This document shows, one piece after another, positions 21,693 to 30,533 of a DNA stretch of 32,000 nucleotides. The stretch comes from Dickeya dadantii NCPPB 898 (GTDB lineage: Bacteria > Pseudomonadota > Gammaproteobacteria > Enterobacterales > Enterobacteriaceae). The DNA lies in contig NZ_CM001976.1 in the NCBI RefSeq assembly GCF_000406145.1, positions 567,260 to 599,259 on the forward strand. Direction: 5' to 3'. The notes under the pieces were generated by a model. It made no database searches. It saw nothing but the letters and a program-made list of their open reading frames with translations, and was not told the origin of the DNA. A program made the position numbers and the translations under genes. Numbering within the stretch: the stretch's first letter is position 1; the number at the start of each line of letters is the position of its first letter.

Positions 21693-21709
21693 GGTATTCG
21701 ACCCTGAGA

Positions 21710-21732
21710 ATTATTGATAAAGCGATAGTAAT
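21710..21732. promoter_or_regulatory. Candidate LysR-type (YhaJ) operator dyad in the yhaK-yhaJ divergent promoter region
   Basis: ATTATT-N11-ATAGTAAT is an imperfect dyad (ATTAnT...AnTAAT) with T-N11-A geometry. The call rests on position only. Confidence 0.25.
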
Positions 21733-21789
21733 TGTCTGGACGATGGATTGTTAGCCAGTTAATCTGGTCGGTACGTTCAAAAATCCTGA

Positions 21790-22698
21790 ATGAGTGAAGA
21801 AATGGCAAAAGAACGGGCATTAACACTAGAAGCTTTACGGGTCATGGACGCCATCGATCGCCGGGGAAGTTTTGCTGCCGCTGCAGATGAACTGGGGCGG
21901 GTTCCGTCCGCTCTGAGTTATACCATGCAGAAACTGGAAGATGAACTGGATGTGGTGCTGTTCGACCGTTCAGGCCATCGCACCAAATTCACCAATGTTG
22001 GGCGAATGCTGCTGGAGCGCGGGCGAATTCTGCTGGAAGCTGCCGACAAGCTGACTACGGATGCCGAAGCGCTGGCGCGAGGATGGGAAACCCACCTGAC
22101 CATCGTGGTGGAAGCGCTGGTGCCGACCGAGCGCTTTTTTCCGCTGCTGGACAAGCTATCGCTCAAGGCCAATACCCAGGTGTCGTTATTGACCGAAGTG
22201 CTGGCCGGGGCGTGGGAACGGCTGGAGCAGGGGCGGGCGGATATCGTTGTCGCGCCGGACATGCACTTCCGCTCATCTTCGGAAATCAATACCCGTAAAC
22301 TTTATTCAATGAAGAACGTATACGTGGCCAGCCCGGACCATCCGATTCACGACGAACCGGAGCCGCTGTCTGAGGTTACGCGTATCAAATATCGCGGCAT
22401 CGCGATTGCCGATACCGCCCGCGAGCGCCCGGTGCTGACGGTACAGCTACTGGATAAACAGCCGCGTTTGACCGTGAGTTCGATGGATGACAAACGTCGG
22501 GCGTTGCTGGCCGGCTTGGGGGTGGCGACCATGCCGTATGAACGGGTGGCTCAGGATGTCGCCGAAGGCCGTCTGCGGGTAGTAAGCCCGGAAAATAGTA
22601 TGGAAGGCCAAATCATCATGGCATGGCGGCGCGACAGTATGGGCGAAGCCAAAGCGTGGTTTTTACGGGAAATTCCGCGCATATTCAACGCGTTTTGA
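21790..22698 (+). CDS. yhaJ: LysR-family transcriptional regulator YhaJ
   Basis: MAKERALTLEALRVMDAIDRRGSFAAAADELGRVPSALSYTMQKLE... matches E. coli YhaJ. The real start may be the ATG at 21802, which corresponds to the E. coli start. Confidence 0.93.
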   Translation: MSEEMAKERALTLEALRVMDAIDRRGSFAAAADELGRVPSALSYTMQKLEDELDVVLFDRSGHRTKFTNVGRMLLERGRILLEAADKLTTDAEALARGWETHLTIVVEALVPTERFFPLLDKLSLKANTQVSLLTEVLAGAWERLEQGRADIVVAPDMHFRSSSEINTRKLYSMKNVYVASPDHPIHDEPEPLSEVTRIKYRGIAIADTARERPVLTVQLLDKQPRLTVSSMDDKRRALLAGLGVATMPYERVAQDVAEGRLRVVSPENSMEGQIIMAWRRDSMGEAKAWFLREIPRIFNAF

Positions 22699-22716
22699 TG
22701 GTGGTATGAAATAGAC

Positions 22717-22752
22717 AACGCCGCCGGTTGGCTGACATCAACCGGCGGCGTT
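22717..22752. terminator. Bidirectional hairpin terminator between convergent yhaJ and yqjG
   Basis: aacgccgccggtt-N10-aaccggcggcgtt gives a perfect 13-bp stem, followed by gttatat. Confidence 0.65.
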
Positions 22753-22804
22753 GTTATATCTGGAGTGTGCTGGTAAATCGTCCGCGGCGTTCGCCGCGGA
22801 TAGA

Positions 22805-23791
22805 TTACGGGTAGCGTTTATCCCGGCCGTGTGGCGCGTTCAGGTCCATCTCCGGCCCTACGGATATGATGCCGTGAGGGTTGATGGTGCTATGACTGCG
22901 ATAGTAGTGGTGGCGGATATGCGCCATGTCCACGGTGTCGGATATACCCGGCAACTGGTAGATTTCACGCAGATAACCATACAGGTTCGGGTAATCGCTT
23001 ATCCGGCGTTTGTCGCATTTGAAATGGGTGTGATAGACCGGATCAAAACGGATCAACGTCGTCCACAAACGAATATCCGCTTCAGTGAGGCGATCGCCAG
23101 CCAAATAACGTTGCCGAGCGAGGATCGTTTCCAGTTTGTCCAACGCGGTAAAGACCAGCCCGACCGATTCGTCGTAAGCGGTTTGTGTTGTAGCGAAACC
23201 GGCTTTGTACACGCCGTTGTTAACCTGGTGGTAAATCCACTCGTTCAGCTCGTCGATTTGTCCTCGCAGCGCCTGCGGATAGTAATCACCGGTTGCGGCG
23301 CCGCAACCGTCGAACGCGCTGTTGAGCATACGGATGATATCCGCGGATTCATTGCTGACGATAGTGTGCTGCTGAGTGTCCCACAGCACGGGAACGGTGA
23401 CGCGCCCGCTGTAGTCGGCTTTGGCGTGCAGATAAAGCTGATAGAGAAATTCGTGCTGATAAAGCGTGTCGCCGGTGGCCTGTGGAAAGTCGGTATCGAA
23501 GGTCCAGCCGTGGTCCAGCATTAGCGGGTGCACCACCGAGACATCAATGTGTTGTTCCAGACCTTTGAGTTTTCGCAGTAACAACGTGCGATGGGCCCAG
23601 GGGCAGGCCAGCGATACGTACAGATGGTAGCGACTGGCTTCCGCTTTGAAACCGCCCGTACCTGTCGGGCCGGCTTCGCCGTCGGCGGTGACCCAGTTGC
23701 GGAAAAATGTCTGCGGCCGCTTGAAATGCCCGCCGGATGACTGGGTTTCATACCAGGTGTCGTGCCATACGCCGTCAACCAATAATCCCAT
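22805..23791 (-). CDS. yqjG: Glutathionyl-hydroquinone reductase (Xi-class GST) YqjG
   Basis: DGVWHDTWY..., RYHLYVSLACPWAHRTLL..., GRVTVPVLWD and NNGVYKAGFAT are collinear with E. coli YqjG (328 aa). Confidence 0.95.
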   Translation of the reverse strand: MGLLVDGVWHDTWYETQSSGGHFKRPQTFFRNWVTADGEAGPTGTGGFKAEASRYHLYVSLACPWAHRTLLLRKLKGLEQHIDVSVVHPLMLDHGWTFDTDFPQATGDTLYQHEFLYQLYLHAKADYSGRVTVPVLWDTQQHTIVSNESADIIRMLNSAFDGCGAATGDYYPQALRGQIDELNEWIYHQVNNGVYKAGFATTQTAYDESVGLVFTALDKLETILARQRYLAGDRLTEADIRLWTTLIRFDPVYHTHFKCDKRRISDYPNLYGYLREIYQLPGISDTVDMAHIRHHYYRSHSTINPHGIISVGPEMDLNAPHGRDKRYP

Positions 23792-23818
23792 AGCCGCGTC
23801 CTCCCAGAAATAATGACA

Positions 23819-23849
23819 ATGGCGGTCACAGCATGCTGTCGACCGCCAT
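23819..23849 (-). terminator. Probable yqjF terminator
   Basis: atggcggtc...gaccgccat has 9-bp arms enclosing the palindrome acagcatgctgt. On the minus strand it is followed by a T-rich run (ttgtcattatttct). Confidence 0.5.
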
Positions 23850-23896
23850 CAAATAAGAGTCAGGCTGTGCTGCTCAACTGATTATTCAGACTGCCA

Positions 23897-24292
23897 TTAC
23901 CATTTTTTGTTCAGCAGACGGTCGATGCTGAATGCGCCCGGACCGGTGACGAACAACAGTACATAGCCGCCGGCGATAGACAGGTTTTTCATGAACATCA
24001 ACTGGTTGGCGCCCTGAGCGAAATCAGTATGGAAAATGAATGCGGTCAGCAGCGTGAAGATCGCCGTGGCAATCGCGGCGGTGCGGGTCATGAAGCCAAA
24101 CAGAACCGCCAGACCGCCGCCCAGTTCCAGCAGAATGGTCAATGGCAGCAGCGCACCTGGAACGCCCATCGCCTGCATATACTGTTGGGTTGCGGCGTAA
24201 GATGCGCCCAGTTTGCCGTAACCGGCAACGATAAACAGAATCGGCAGCAGAATACGGGCAACCATCAGCAATGCATTCTCAAAATTTTTCAT
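23897..24292 (-). CDS. yqjF: DoxX-family inner membrane protein YqjF
   Basis: MKNFENALLMVARILLPILFIVAGYGKLG...FMKNLSIAGGYVLLFVTGPGAFSIDRLLNKKW aligns with E. coli YqjF (130 aa). GGAGA lies 6 nt upstream of the ATG at 24292. The track ORF is extended by 28 codons. Confidence 0.92.
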   Translation of the reverse strand: MKNFENALLMVARILLPILFIVAGYGKLGASYAATQQYMQAMGVPGALLPLTILLELGGGLAVLFGFMTRTAAIATAIFTLLTAFIFHTDFAQGANQLMFMKNLSIAGGYVLLFVTGPGAFSIDRLLNKKW

Positions 24293-24592
24293 CGATATTC
24301 TCCAGTAGTGTGTTTGCTGCCGGAGCAAAATCGACAGGGGCGCGTCCGGCGTGGCTTGTTTAAAACGTTTGTGCAACAGATGGGAAGAATACTAGAGGCG
24401 AAAGCGTGTCGGTGCCAGCGAGTAAAATTGTTGTTTTATGTCAGAAAAATTGACCATGCCGGCTACTGATGAACGAAAAAACCGGGAAACGGTAGGTGTG
24501 CCAACGGTAGGTGTGCCGACCACGGTGACGATAAAACGTGAAAAGGGTGCATGGTGGACGAACCGTGCGGCGAAAAGATGGGAAACCGTGCT

Positions 24593-24898
24593 TCAACGCC
24601 GCGGCGGGCGTGGCGGTGATGGTACTGCGGAGCGTATCAGTTTCAACACGCTCCAGATGCTGGCCGCCTTACGCACAAAGCCCATCAGCCGCCGCGGGTG
24701 GCGTATCCCCAGTATGGCGACGACTGGCGGGATCACGACCAGGTAACGGCGTATCCGCGCCAACTTCTGCCAGCAGTCATCGCAGGGCGCGGTGATCTCC
24801 AGCCAGCGGTTTTTGTTCGCCGCCAGATCCAGTCGCTGCTGTTGGATCTGGCGCAGCAGTTGCTGTTTTTCGGCAGCCAGACGCTGGTGACGATTCAT
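24593..24898 (-). CDS. yqjK: YqjK-like protein
   Basis: QLLRQIQQQRLDLAANKNRWLEIT...IRHPRRL resembles E. coli YqjK. Its ATGA overlaps the yqjE stop. Confidence 0.85.
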   Translation of the reverse strand: MNRHQRLAAEKQQLLRQIQQQRLDLAANKNRWLEITAPCDDCWQKLARIRRYLVVIPPVVAILGIRHPRRLMGFVRKAASIWSVLKLIRSAVPSPPRPPRR

Positions 24899-25293
24899 TT
24901 TGACTCGTCCTCCAGCAGCGAGCGATCTGTCGCCAGCTCTTTACGGGTGTCCCGCAACAGCGTGGAACGGCGCAGGCGTTTTAGCGTCCAGAGCGCGCCG
25001 AACAACGCCAGCCCAAACAGGGCAGCCGTGATCCAGCACAATGCCGTCAGGCGTAAGGCCGGATCAAGGCTCCAGATGATCAGCACAATCAGGCTCATCA
25101 GGCCAAACGCCGTGAACAACAGGGTCAACCCCACCATCAGCAACAGTTGAATCAGCAGGGTTTTTTCCTGTTCCAGTTCTACCACCGCCAGCCTGAGTCG
25201 TGTTTCCGCCATACCGACCAGAATGGCGAGAATACGCTGCACGGTGGAAACGGCGGAGCGGCCGGGGCCCTGGCGTTGCGGTTCTGTCTCCAT
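24895..25293 (-). CDS. yqjE: Inner membrane protein YqjE
   Basis: VGMAETRLRLAVVELEQEKTLLIQLLLMVGLTLLFTAFGLMSLIVLIIW... matches E. coli YqjE. Confidence 0.9.
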   Translation of the reverse strand: METEPQRQGPGRSAVSTVQRILAILVGMAETRLRLAVVELEQEKTLLIQLLLMVGLTLLFTAFGLMSLIVLIIWSLDPALRLTALCWITAALFGLALFGALWTLKRLRRSTLLRDTRKELATDRSLLEDESK

Positions 25294-25296
25294 GAG

Positions 25297-25602
25297 TTAA
25301 CGACGAGCCAGCAACAGGCCCAGCACCATACCGACGGCGGCGCCGATGCCAACCCCGGTCCAGGGGTTTTTATGTACGAAATCATCGGCGCACTGGGTCG
25401 CTTCGCGGGCTTGTGCCGTAATCCGTTCACCGGTGTCATTCAAGCGTTCGCGCGACTCTTTGAGCACGGTTTCAGCCTTATCGCGCAGTTTTTCCAGTTC
25501 GGCTTTGGATTTATCGCTGGAGGAGCGTAACACCTCTTCCAGTGTGTCTCCCAGAGAACGCAGCTCTGCTCGCAACTGTTCTGTATTGGGTTCTTGTGCC
25601 AT
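25297..25602 (-). CDS. yqjD: Ribosome-associated membrane-anchored protein YqjD (ElaB family)
   Basis: EQLRAELRSLGDTLEEVLRSS...NPWTGVGIGAAVGMVLGLLLARR matches E. coli YqjD. Confidence 0.92.
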   Translation of the reverse strand: MAQEPNTEQLRAELRSLGDTLEEVLRSSSDKSKAELEKLRDKAETVLKESRERLNDTGERITAQAREATQCADDFVHKNPWTGVGIGAAVGMVLGLLLARR

Positions 25603-25800
25603 GTGAACACTCCTTTATTTGATGAATCATAGTGTTAACCACTTTCAGTGTTAACTATAGTGCAGATTTTCATCTTTGCTGAAGGAATGACTACGGATAA
25701 TTCTGATAACCCGCTGTAAAACTGGCGAAATTATTTCGAAAAGACGGGAATGGCGTAGCTGGCGGTGAAAAAACGGAAACGGGGCGTGCCCGCATGGGAA

Positions 25801-26154
25801 TCAGCTTCTGGTGACCGGCGAGGTGCCGTTGCTACGTTGGGCGATGACGATGGCATACGGCAGCGCGGTGCTCAGTATTTCTCTGGCCGCGCCGCTTTGT
25901 TCCGGCGAGGACAGCCGCACGATGATGCTGTCGTTTTCCGGAGTAATGCTCTTGATGGCGATACCCCGCTCGTTAAGCCGCTGGTAAATGTAGAAGCCGT
26001 CCGGCAAGGGCGCACCCTGATGCAGCGGGGTAATGTGCAGCATCACCTCGTCCGGCAGGCGCCGTGACGACATGGACAGCAGCACGACCAGCGGCAACAG
26101 CAGCAGCAACAGACGCCAGGCGGAGGGCTTCCTGAACCTGCGGTTGGTCATCAA
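25801..26154 (-). CDS. mzrA: Small membrane protein, probable EnvZ/OmpR modulator MzrA
   Basis: The protein has a single N-terminal TM segment (WRLLLLLLPLVVLL). It lies immediately downstream of yqjA, as in E. coli, and is of similar size. The DGFYIYQRLNERGIAIKSITPENDSIIVRLSSPEQSGAAREIL region resembles MzrA as far as I remember it. Confidence 0.72.
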   Translation of the reverse strand: MMTNRRFRKPSAWRLLLLLLPLVVLLSMSSRRLPDEVMLHITPLHQGAPLPDGFYIYQRLNERGIAIKSITPENDSIIVRLSSPEQSGAAREILSTALPYAIVIAQRSNGTSPVTRS

Positions 26155-26829
26155 TCAGTTCCTTTTTTCACGTGCCATCATGCGTTTTTTACGCCACAGC
26201 ACTAACAGTGACCCTGCCAGCCCGATGAACAGCAAAACCAGCGGCAGCAGCATCAGACAGAACATCAACTGATCTTCGTATTTGCGAAATACCGAGGTTT
26301 TACCCAGCGCAAAACCGAGAGAAACCAGAATGATGACCCACAAAAAACCACTCATCCAGTTGAAGAACTGGAAACGGGCACTGTTCAGCCCGGACAGCCC
26401 GGCGATGGTCGGCAGCAGGGTTCGCACAAAGGCCAGGAAACGGCCGACCAACAGCGCCGATAACCCATGACGGTGAAACAACTGATGCGCCCGCTGGTGA
26501 TAATGTGATGGAAGATGCGACAACCATCCTTGAACCACTCGCGTATTTCCGAGCCATTTCCCCTGCAGATAACTGACCCAGCAGCCAAGACTGGCGGCGG
26601 TGGTGAGCAGTGCGATGGTAAACGGGTAATTCATGGTGCCTTTGGCTACCAGCACCCCCACCAGAATCAGCAGGCTGTCGCCCGGCAGGAAGGCAGCCGG
26701 CAGCAAACCGTTTTCCAGGAACAAAATCAAAAACAACAGCAGGTAAATCGTCCAAACCAGCTTGGGATTGGCCAGGACGTCGAAATTCTGGTGCCAGAGC
26801 GCATACAACAGTTCTTTAACTATATCCAT
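26155..26829 (-). CDS. yqjA: DedA-family inner membrane protein YqjA
   Basis: FLENGLLPAAFLPGDSLLILVGVL... and GRFLAFVRTLLPTIAGLSGLNSARFQFFNWMSG are collinear with E. coli YqjA. Confidence 0.95.
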   Translation of the reverse strand: MDIVKELLYALWHQNFDVLANPKLVWTIYLLLFLILFLENGLLPAAFLPGDSLLILVGVLVAKGTMNYPFTIALLTTAASLGCWVSYLQGKWLGNTRVVQGWLSHLPSHYHQRAHQLFHRHGLSALLVGRFLAFVRTLLPTIAGLSGLNSARFQFFNWMSGFLWVIILVSLGFALGKTSVFRKYEDQLMFCLMLLPLVLLFIGLAGSLLVLWRKKRMMAREKRN

Positions 26830-27007
26830 CTGGTGTTCCTGTACTGCGGCGTTGAAGAAACCACGCTGAGAACCTGTGACCCGTCAGCGGCGCCGCCGTT
26901 GACATGGCCCAATGTTCGAAACCATGAACCGGCGCGCTGATGAGTCGGGTATGCAGAGCGGTCATTGCTGTACATCGGACGGCGTGTTCCTTCACGTGCC
27001 TGCACAT

Positions 27008-27175
27008 ATTACCCTTCATGCTTCTACCCTACATGCTTCAAGTTGCAGGCATGTTAGCGGCGTTACTCGGACCATTTCATGTTCCTCCCCCTTCGGGGCC
27101 GCTGCCAACCTGGTTGCCCTGAAGGGCCCGCGCTTTGCCTGGTTCAAATATCCTGCAACTCGAATTTCTGGGTAC
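27008..27175. repeat. ERIC-like intergenic repeat with a non-consensus core
   Basis: The ends (acccttcatgcttc..aagttgcagg and cctgcaactcgaatttctgggta) match the ends of the ERIC copy at 28435-28563. The left end is locally duplicated (acccttcatgcttct / accctacatgcttca). The roughly 90-nt core differs from the ERIC core. Confidence 0.65.
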
Positions 27176-27572
27176 AGAATGATGTCATTATCCATGTGTG
27201 GCCGATGGCATGTCCTGCTTACGCTGATAAACGTTTTACGCTGACAAACGTTGCAATACGGGCAGTTGGCCGGCTTGCCGGGGTATACTGGCGCTTTTCC
27301 GCACATTTCCCCACTCACCATGTTCCTTTCCGGTTATTTTGCCTTTCAGGTCGTTCTGCCAGTAATTAAGCGTAAAAAAAGTATCCTAACTGTAACAAAA
27401 GCGGTGCAGGTGAGATAGGAAAATATCACGTTCTGAAAACGTATAACGACCTGTTTATAGGGAAAAGGTTGTGATTGCCGTCATATTTTACACTTGCTGA
27501 CAGAACTCGACGCTGGATGACTTTTTTGCCCCCGAATGGTGGGGGCAAAATGCAGGAAAGGTGTGGAGAAAT

Positions 27573-28352
27573 TCAGGATTTGCCGTTGGTGATGTGATCG
27601 AGATGGACGACCGGATTTTCGGCGAACATGTAGCGATCGACGTTGAATTCGAAATCATCGGTGGTGGCGCGGAACAGCATTTGCTTGGTGTTTTCCAGGT
27701 GTTGCCACATCGCCAGCTTGGCGGCGTAAGGATCTTTGCGGATCAGCGCCTTGAGAATCTGATCATGCTCTTCGCACCAGCTTTCGATCGATTTATCGTC
27801 GATATGTTCATGCAGCTTGCGCCAGTAAGGGTTGTGGATACGCTGACTCCACATCTTTTCCACGATGGTGGCCATCGCCGAGTTCTGGGTAGCCAGCGCG
27901 ACCTGGACGTGAAATTTCAGATCCCACTCCGAATCGCGGAAACGATCTTCCTGACGGGCGTTTTCCTGAATTTCCATCAGTTGGATGATGTCCTGCCGGG
28001 TGACCTGAGTGGCGGCGAACTCCGCGATATTGCTCTCTATCAATTGGCGCGCCTGCAGCAGTTCGAACGGCCCGGCGGTGAGAAAATCGGCGTCGCTACC
28101 GTTGGCGGCCAGCAGATGGCGCTGTTGACTGGACATGACGTGGATGCCGGAGCCTTTACGGACTTCCACGTAACCTTCCACTTCCAGCATGATGATGGCT
28201 TCGCGTACCACGGTACGGCTGACGTTCATCTCTTCGGAAATATTGCGCTCGGCCGGTAGCTTGTCACCCACCGGATACACGCCGTTCTCAATGCGTTGTT
28301 TCAATTCTGCGGCCAACTGCTGGTAGAGCCGTCTGGATTCTGTCAGTGCCAT
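27573..28352 (-). CDS. exuR: GntR-family hexuronate regulon repressor ExuR
   Basis: [72 protein letters not shown]... aligns with E. coli ExuR from residue 1. The track ORF has 13 extra codons. Confidence 0.95.
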   Translation of the reverse strand: MALTESRRLYQQLAAELKQRIENGVYPVGDKLPAERNISEEMNVSRTVVREAIIMLEVEGYVEVRKGSGIHVMSSQQRHLLAANGSDADFLTAGPFELLQARQLIESNIAEFAATQVTRQDIIQLMEIQENARQEDRFRDSEWDLKFHVQVALATQNSAMATIVEKMWSQRIHNPYWRKLHEHIDDKSIESWCEEHDQILKALIRKDPYAAKLAMWQHLENTKQMLFRATTDDFEFNVDRYMFAENPVVHLDHITNGKS

Positions 28353-28434
28353 GATGCCTACTCTTAAGATAGAGGACGCTCCCTGAGGCAACGTGCGTCA
28401 TTGCGTCTATCTCGTTATGATGATTTCGTTAATG

Positions 28435-28563
<129 letters not shown>

Positions 28564-28659
28564 GACTGATATTCAGAATAGATTTGTTATACCACTTACA
28601 GCGGACGGCGACCAACACCCACGTCACAGTTAGCTGTCGTGATAAACCCAGAGGAAAGG

Positions 28660-28691
28660 ATTCATCCGGTATCCCATGATACCGGATGAAT
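28660..28691 (-). terminator. Probable exuT terminator
   Basis: attcatccggtat-N6-ataccggatgaat has 13-bp arms and lies 30 nt downstream of the exuT stop. On the minus strand it is followed by cctttcct. Confidence 0.55.
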
Positions 28692-28720
28692 GGCGTGAAG
28701 CAGAAATTTGTCTGTCAGTG

Positions 28721-30019
28721 TTAGTGTTGCTGCGCGGCTTTCAGTTCGGCGTCATTACTTCCTTCTGAAGCCGGATTGTTTTTCAGTACCGTCCAGATAA
28801 CGACCGCGCCCAACAGGTCGAATATAGCCAGTACGGCGAACAGCGGGCTAAAGCCGATGGTATCGGCCAGCGCGCCCACGACCAGGGCGAACAGTGTACT
28901 GGCGGTCCAGGCGGCCATCCCGGTCAGGCCGTTGGCGGTGGCGACTTCGTTACGACCGAACACGTCGGAAGACAGGGTAATCAGCGCACCAGACAAGGAT
29001 TGATGGGCAAAGCCGCCGACGCACAGCAGAGCGATAGCGATATACGGGCTGGTGAACAGGCCGATGGTGCCGGGGCCGATCATCAGCAGCGCGCCCAGGG
29101 TAACGACCAGTTTGCGGGAAACGATCAGGTTCACCTTGAAGTATTTCTGGAACATCATCGGCATGTAACCGCCGAGAATACAGCCCAGATCGGCAAACAG
29201 CATCGGCATCCAGGCGAACATGGCGATCTCTTTCAGGTTAAAGCCGTAGACTTTGAACATGAACAGCGGGATCCAGGCATTGAAGGTACCCCAGGCCGGT
29301 TCTGCCAGAAAACGCGGCAGCGCGATGCCCCAGAACTGGCGGTTGCGCAGAATCTGCCAGGCGGACATTTTCTTAGCGTTGCCAGCCTGATGCTGTGCTT
29401 CCTGGCCGCCCAGGATGTAGTCGCGTTCTTCTGAGCTGAGTTTTTTCTGATCTTTCGGGTGTTTATAAAAATAGAGCCAGCACAGCGCCCACACCATACT
29501 CAATGCGCCGGTGACCAGAAACGCCATCTGCCAGCTGTGCGCCATGATAGCCCACACCACCAGCGGCGGAGCCAGCATGCCACCAATTGAAGAACCTACG
29601 TTGAAGTAGCCGACCGCGACTGAGCGCTCCTTGGCCGGGAACCATTCGCTGCTGGCTTTCAGGCCGGCGGGAATCATTGCCGCTTCCGCCGCGCCGACCG
29701 CGCCGCGCGCGATAGCCAGGCCGCCCCAGCTGCTGGCCAGCGCGGTGCCCGCGCAGAACAGCGCCCACAGGACGGCGAACATGGCATAACCCACTTTGGT
29801 GCCCAGCAGGTCCAGCACATAGCCGGCGACAGGCTGCATAATGGTGTAGCAGGCTGAATAGGCCGCAATGATATAGGAGTATTGTTGGGTGCTGATATGA
29901 AGCTGTTCCTGCAGTGTTGGCGCCGCTGCGGCAATTGCGTTACGCGTCAGGTAGCCCAGAACGGTACCGATGGTCACCAGCCCGATCATGTACCAGCGCA
30001 AGCCTTTGATCTTGAACAT
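28721..30019 (-). CDS. exuT: Hexuronate (galacturonate/glucuronate) MFS transporter ExuT
   Basis: MFKIKGLRWYMIGLVTIGTVLGYLTRNAIAAAAPTL... aligns with E. coli ExuT (432 aa). GGAGAG lies 9 nt upstream of the ATG at 30019. The track ORF has 36 extra codons. Confidence 0.95.
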   Translation of the reverse strand: MFKIKGLRWYMIGLVTIGTVLGYLTRNAIAAAAPTLQEQLHISTQQYSYIIAAYSACYTIMQPVAGYVLDLLGTKVGYAMFAVLWALFCAGTALASSWGGLAIARGAVGAAEAAMIPAGLKASSEWFPAKERSVAVGYFNVGSSIGGMLAPPLVVWAIMAHSWQMAFLVTGALSMVWALCWLYFYKHPKDQKKLSSEERDYILGGQEAQHQAGNAKKMSAWQILRNRQFWGIALPRFLAEPAWGTFNAWIPLFMFKVYGFNLKEIAMFAWMPMLFADLGCILGGYMPMMFQKYFKVNLIVSRKLVVTLGALLMIGPGTIGLFTSPYIAIALLCVGGFAHQSLSGALITLSSDVFGRNEVATANGLTGMAAWTASTLFALVVGALADTIGFSPLFAVLAIFDLLGAVVIWTVLKNNPASEGSNDAELKAAQQH

Positions 30020-30283
30020 GTTAAATATCTCTCCGAGTTTAATTACCACAGCGGAACCTGTCATCGGTCTGCCGCGATAGGTGTAGACCACGCCGAAAGT
30101 GACGGGGCGCTGCTGCGCCCCGGTCAAAGCCTGCGGGAGTTGCCGCCTGACCGGTTGCCCTGCCGCCGCAGGGCTGGCGGGCTGCGGCGGCGATCCCGCC
30201 GCGCGCGTTATTGTTTTCCGGTGGAAATATCAACCTTGTTGACGTTATTGAGATTGAATCCCCTCATCAGGCAGCGCTACAAT

Positions 30284-30301
30284 AATTTGTCATACCAATT
30301 T
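30284..30301. promoter_or_regulatory. Candidate ExuR/UxuR operator in the exuT-uxaC divergent control region
   Basis: AATTTGTCATACCAATTT is an imperfect dyad. It resembles the AAATTGGTATACCAATTT-type hexuronate repressor box as I remember it. A second half-match, ATAATTGGTGTGATATC, lies at about 30466-30482. Confidence 0.4.
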
Positions 30302-30533
30302 AAAAGTTGAGTGATATCACAAAACCATTATTTTGATAGGGAATAAAATAAACAGGTCCACAAGAAGGGCTGTATGACGAGGTGAAAGCGTAAAAATGGT
30401 GTGATGGGAAGCGATTTATGCCATTTTTGCGATCATGACCTCACTAATGATGTCAGTTATCGCGGATAATTGGTGTGATATCTTTGTAAGCGTGACCGCA
30501 TTTGGTTGGCAAATGTAGTGTGAGGAAGCGAAC

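Noticed and set aside
27016-27321. A Cys-rich 101-aa ORF on the minus strand (MVSGEMCGKAPVYPGKPANCPYCNVCQRK...), plus overlapping + strand ORFs at 26912-27244 and 27079-27369.
   Set aside because: More than half of each ORF runs through the ERIC-like repeat. The SD spacing is poor (AGGA only 2 nt from the ATG). I recognise no homolog. The CxxC pattern in the first 48 codons is the only point in its favour.
27524-27550. The hairpin ttttgccccc-N7-gggggcaaaa downstream of exuR, and a similar one at 4714-4737 downstream of dcuA, considered as intrinsic terminators.
   Set aside because: In both cases the T-run precedes the stem and the A-run follows it, whichever strand is read. They are therefore not canonical U-tract terminators. 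They may simply be stable stem-loops or REP-like sequences.
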